DNA of 62,975 nucleotides, the filler included. It is 6 parts of 6 records of this genome, joined end to end, with 100 filler letters (N's around TTAATTAATTAA, not from the genome) between each part and the next. Parts side by side here need not be neighbours in the genome. Positions count along the whole stretch, not along the records: positions 56,606 to 62,975 come from SRR31156797_16725; 5 more parts are not named here. One strand, written 5' to 3'. Below the pieces are notes generated by a model. It ran no database searches. It saw only the letters and a list, made by a program, of their open reading frames with translations, and had not been told where the DNA came from. Each line of letters starts with the position of its first letter. Within the stretch, counting starts at the first letter, position 1. Below are positions 59,376 through 62,975 of this stretch, one piece after another. A program made the translations under genes and the position numbers.

Positions 59376-60425
59376 TTATCGTAACTTTTTGATTGTATTT
59401 AGTTGTTGGTTTATTTTTTTAAGATAAGCATGGGCTCTTCTATTTTCTGGATGACAAGCAATTATCTTCTCAAAAGTTATCTTAGCCTCATCAAAGTTTT
59501 GTTTTATATAAAGATTAATTCCTTTTGCTTCAAGGGTTCCTGTCATATCACACTTTGCAACTTTAGAAGCACTTATTATCTCTTTTGCTTCTTGATTGTT
59601 TTGATTAAGCTTTAAAGCTTTTTTAGCAACTTTTGATGCTTTATTATAGTTTTTATTTGCTAAATATGATTTCGCTTCTTCTATTAACTCTTTTTGTTTA
59701 ATATAGTGCAGATAATTATTGATTGTTTTATCTTCTTGGTAAATAGAGCTTAATAAATTGAACTCTTTTTTAGCTTGAGAATAGTTCTTTTTATTATAAA
59801 GAGAGATACTATTTTTAACTAGTCTTTCATAAGAGTTTTTTATTATACTTTTTGCTTTTATTGCAATAGGATTGAAGTCATCATATTTAACTAGTTTTTT
59901 TACACTATTATTTAAAGAGCGAGTGTGATAAACCGTCATTTTGTTTTTATTTAGTAGATTTTGAATTTTTTGTTCTTTTTTATTTATAAAGCTTTTTACT
60001 TTTGAATTTTCAAGAAGGGTTTCTTTTAATTCAATAGCCTCTTTTAAAGTAGGGTTATTACGCATTGTTATATTTATATAGTATAAGGATTTTATTTTAT
60101 TTTTTTTAGCATTTGCATGAGCTTTTTTCAAAAAGTACTTAGCATTGTATGAGGCTCTATTTTTCAAATTGTTTATATATTCTTTAGAGTAAACCTCTTT
60201 TGCTTCATAGAAATTAACTTTTTCATATGCAAGAATAGCCTTGTGGTAATATTTGTTTTTTAAGTAGATATCACCTTCTTTTTTATAACTCTCTATTTCA
60301 TTAACAACACTATGATATATTTCAAACTTTTTTTCAGCAGAAAGAGAATTCACTGAAACAAGTGAACAAGCTGTAAATAAAAAAGGTATAAGAAGAGTGA
60401 TTAAAAATGGCATTATTCTTTTCAT
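59376..60425 (-). CDS. TPR-containing lipoprotein
   Basis: FTAC lipobox; TPR-like units such as GINLYIKQNFDEAKITFEKIIACHPEN. Confidence 0.75.
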   Translation of the reverse strand: MKRIMPFLITLLIPFLFTACSLVSVNSLSAEKKFEIYHSVVNEIESYKKEGDIYLKNKYYHKAILAYEKVNFYEAKEVYSKEYINNLKNRASYNAKYFLKKAHANAKKNKIKSLYYINITMRNNPTLKEAIELKETLLENSKVKSFINKKEQKIQNLLNKNKMTVYHTRSLNNSVKKLVKYDDFNPIAIKAKSIIKNSYERLVKNSISLYNKKNYSQAKKEFNLLSSIYQEDKTINNYLHYIKQKELIEEAKSYLANKNYNKASKVAKKALKLNQNNQEAKEIISASKVAKCDMTGTLEAKGINLYIKQNFDEAKITFEKIIACHPENRRAHAYLKKINQQLNTIKKLR

Positions 60426-61897
60426 GGCATATTTTCCTTGAAGACAATTGAGCTTACTTTAATAGCTTGAGAAAACCCTTTTACTTTTAAAGGCTCAATT
60501 GGATTAGTTTTATATTTATTATCTAGTTTTTCAATAAGAGTATTTTCTACTAAGATTTCATTTGCTTTTGCATGGGAACAAAGTCTAGCTGCAAGATTAA
60601 CTGTTGAACCCATTGAGGTAAAGTCCATACGTTCGTATGCTCCTACATTTCCAACGATAGCTTCACCTTTGTTTATTCCAATTCCTACATTGCATATTGT
60701 ATGCTTTTGTTTTTTTCTATGTATATTTTGCATAGAGATACTATTTTGAATCTCAATTGCAGCATTTATAGCATCTTCTAGGCTATCATCTCCTGTAAAA
60801 GAAGCCATAACTTCATCTCCAATGAATTTGTCTATATCTCCATTGTTTTTCTTTATAATCTCAGCTTGTAAATTTAAATAGAAATTAACTATTTCTACAA
60901 CTTCACTTGGAGTCTTTTCTTCACTCATTTGAGTAAAACCTCTAATATCAGAGAAAAGGAAAGTTTGCGTACGATACTCACCTCCTAATAGAAGCTCTTG
61001 TTTTGTATCCTTTTGAATCATACTTATTGTAGAACCAGAAACAAATTTTTGCATATGATTACGTTCTCTTAATCCATTTATCATAGTATTAAACTGTTCA
61101 GATAAAACACCAATCTCATCGGCTGTATTAATATTTAGTTCTAGATTTAAGTCTCCTTTTGAGACTTTGTTTGCAGCAGCTGTTATTTCTAATATAGGAC
61201 GAGTAAATTTCAATCCAAAGAAATATACAATCATTGTTGCAAGAAAGATAATAATAAGAGCAGTCAAGATAGAGATATTTATTACTTTATTTATAATTCC
61301 ATAGATAGCCTCTTTATCATATTTTAGGACTACTGCACCTAAAAGGATAGTTTGCTCCTTAAAAGTATAAAGAATAGGTCTTGTAAATTGATAGGCTTTT
61401 GTATTATTGTTTAATAAAATATCTTTTTTTAGTATTGATTCAGAGTTTGCACTAGTTAACTGTTTATGTAACTCTTCATCACTTAAGTAGATAGCTTCTT
61501 TACTTTTTTTAAAACCAGTTAGATAGGTAAATTTATTAATGTTTTCAATCTTTTGTCGTTGATAGATAGAGATATCTAAAAAACCATCTATTTTAGATTG
61601 TTCAATCTTTTTAACAAGCTCACTTAGATTAAGTTTGTTCTCATATGTTCTTTCTAATAAGGCTTGTCTAGAAAAGTTAGCAATATGAGTAATAGAACTA
61701 TTTACTACATCAAAAGACTTTTTCTCAATAGAGTCTGTCATAAGCTTAATAATAATAGAACTTAGAATAACTACAGTAGTAATAATAATAGCAATAGTAA
61801 ACCCAATAAGCTTAAGTTTTATTCCACCATTTTTTAATAATATGTATAATCTATTTTTTAATTCAGTTATTTTATTTTTAATACTTAAAATCCCCAC
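60422..61897 (-). CDS. Membrane class III adenylate cyclase (TM-sensor-TM-HAMP-cyclase)
   Basis: FSDIRGFT, DKFIGD, GIGIN, VGNVG, FT..G.TVNLAARL; HAMP DEIGVLSEQFNTM. Confidence 0.92.
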   Translation of the reverse strand: MGILSIKNKITELKNRLYILLKNGGIKLKLIGFTIAIIITTVVILSSIIIKLMTDSIEKKSFDVVNSSITHIANFSRQALLERTYENKLNLSELVKKIEQSKIDGFLDISIYQRQKIENINKFTYLTGFKKSKEAIYLSDEELHKQLTSANSESILKKDILLNNNTKAYQFTRPILYTFKEQTILLGAVVLKYDKEAIYGIINKVINISILTALIIIFLATMIVYFFGLKFTRPILEITAAANKVSKGDLNLELNINTADEIGVLSEQFNTMINGLRERNHMQKFVSGSTISMIQKDTKQELLLGGEYRTQTFLFSDIRGFTQMSEEKTPSEVVEIVNFYLNLQAEIIKKNNGDIDKFIGDEVMASFTGDDSLEDAINAAIEIQNSISMQNIHRKKQKHTICNVGIGINKGEAIVGNVGAYERMDFTSMGSTVNLAARLCSHAKANEILVENTLIEKLDNKYKTNPIEPLKVKGFSQAIKVSSIVFKENMP

Positions 61898-61990
61898 TAG
61901 ATATTTGGTATAGATAATCGGAATTATAGTGTATTTTGTTTATAGTTAGGTCAATATATAAAATTATTATTTATTTTGTTGCCAGTAAGG

Positions 61991-62066
61991 TGGTGACCAT
62001 GATTGGACTTGAACCAACGACAACTACGATGTCAACGTAGTGCTCTACCAACTGAGCTACACGGTC
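61991..62066 (-). tRNA. tRNA-Val (GAC)
   Basis: 76-nt cloverleaf GACCGTG-TAGCTCAGTTGGTAGAGC-ACTACG-TTGACAT-CGTAG...GGTTCAAGTCC...CATGGTC-ACCA. Confidence 0.97.
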
Positions 62067-62129
62067 AAAAAAAGGACTATCACAACAGAAGAAAAGTTGT
62101 GATAAGTCTGAGGTACTTAATAAAATATG

Positions 62130-62432
62130 TTATTTTTTAAGTTCGTGAAGTTCACTAAATAAATAAGCTTCAACTATTTCATCAATACTTCTTTGAGTAG
62201 GAGCTACTAAAACAGAAGCATTTTCTTGTTGAAATTGCCAAACATACTCTTGGTCATTTTGAACAACAACTGTCTCAATGAAAGCATTTATTTCATCTTT
62301 ATCTTTATAAAACTTACAGTTTTCTATTTGTCCTTCGTTTAATTCAACAAAGGCCCAGTATTCAAGTGCATCTAGTGTAGTTAATAGGGCTTCATGCCTT
62401 CTATTTGAATCTACAGGGATTAGTAAACTCAT
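62130..62432 (-). CDS. Hypothetical protein, possibly degenerate NifB/NifX-like fold
   Basis: AAGGA RBS before ATG 62432; LLIPVD start and SIDEIVEAYL end resemble the NifX-like fold; tentative. Confidence 0.55.
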   Translation of the reverse strand: MSLLIPVDSNRRHEALLTTLDALEYWAFVELNEGQIENCKFYKDKDEINAFIETVVVQNDQEYVWQFQQENASVLVAPTQRSIDEIVEAYLFSELHELKK

Positions 62433-62530
62433 ACTAAAATCCTTCAAGTTTTCTAAATAATATTATTAGGTGATAAATATTATTCGTTGTATTATATATT
62501 CTTACAACTTATTAAAACTTTACTTATTTA

Positions 62531-62974
62531 CTATAGATATATTTTTTTAAACCATTTAGAAAAGATATAGATAGTCCATAGATGTTGTTTGAACTTTCTT
62601 TGTGAAGAAAGAGTATAGATATGTTTCAAATACTCTTCGTTAAAAAGGTTTGTTTCTTTGTTTACATCTAGAATAGTTTGTAAAATAGAGTCTTTATACT
62701 CTTGGTGAATCCACTCATTAAATGGAGAGTTAAAACCTTTTTTTGTACGGTGAACTATTTGTTCTGGAATATATTTTAAAGCAATCTTTTTTAGAAGATA
62801 TTTATTTGTATCACCAACTTTCAGTTTTGAATCAATACTAAAAGCAAGATTTACTAATCTATAGTCTAAAAAAGGAGTTCTAACTTCTAAAGAGTTTCTC
62901 ATAGAGATACGGTCAACCTTACTTAGAAGTGCTTCTCCTAGCCATATTTTTAAATCAATATAACTCATCCAATC
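62531..62974 (-). CDS. asnB: Asparagine synthase (glutamine-hydrolysing), C-terminal part
   Basis: LLSKVDRISM.NSLEVRTPFLD, KYLLKK, RTKKGF. Confidence 0.9.
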   Translation of the reverse strand, partial: DWMSYIDLKIWLGEALLSKVDRISMRNSLEVRTPFLDYRLVNLAFSIDSKLKVGDTNKYLLKKIALKYIPEQIVHRTKKGFNSPFNEWIHQEYKDSILQTILDVNKETNLFNEEYLKHIYTLSSQRKFKQHLWTIYIFSKWFKKIYL

Positions 62975-62975
62975 A

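Overview
This window is not one locus. It is six unrelated contigs joined by 100-nt N spacers, each carrying the artificial six-frame stop linker TTAATTAATTAA. Taxonomic labels below are inferred from gene content and composition. (1) 1-13048, Clostridia-like: surE end, RpiR regulator, HI0933 flavoprotein, nitroreductase, hutP, cmk, plsC, ispH-rpsA fusion, 2H phosphoesterase, ilvE, SanA/YdcF, MBL hydrolase, and type III glnA with an ANTAR-like leader. (2) 13149-33001, Bacteroidota-like: mrpABCDEFG, USP, cupins, hydrolase, GH2, a lone NodU/CmcH carbamoyltransferase bracketed by direct repeats, a 21-bp-period array beside an uncharacterised helical protein, methyltransferase, GNAT. (3) 33102-39637, Campylobacterota-like: nth, mlaA-mlaC-MMPL, GNAT-nitrilase, ribB fusion. 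(4) 39738-50320, Desulfovibrionaceae-like: amino-acid ABC transporter, cytochrome c3, rel, peptide SBP, SWIM-SNF2 helicase. (5) 50421-56505, Desulfobacterota-like: mvhD-metV-metF, receiver protein, ACT-only protein, REP palindrome, orphan RnfB-GltD fusion. (6) 56606-62975, Arcobacteraceae-like: sdhAB/frdAB-like pair, TRAP SBP, TPR lipoprotein with adenylate cyclase, tRNA-Val(GAC), asnB end. The best candidates for undescribed biology are the two-class 21-bp array with a 105-bp higher-order repeat (28162-28476) next to a helical protein gene, the repeat-flanked carbamoyltransferase cassette, and a promoter/terminator-bounded anti-SD small RNA (about 9025-9104). No CRISPR array, transposase or integrase was seen.
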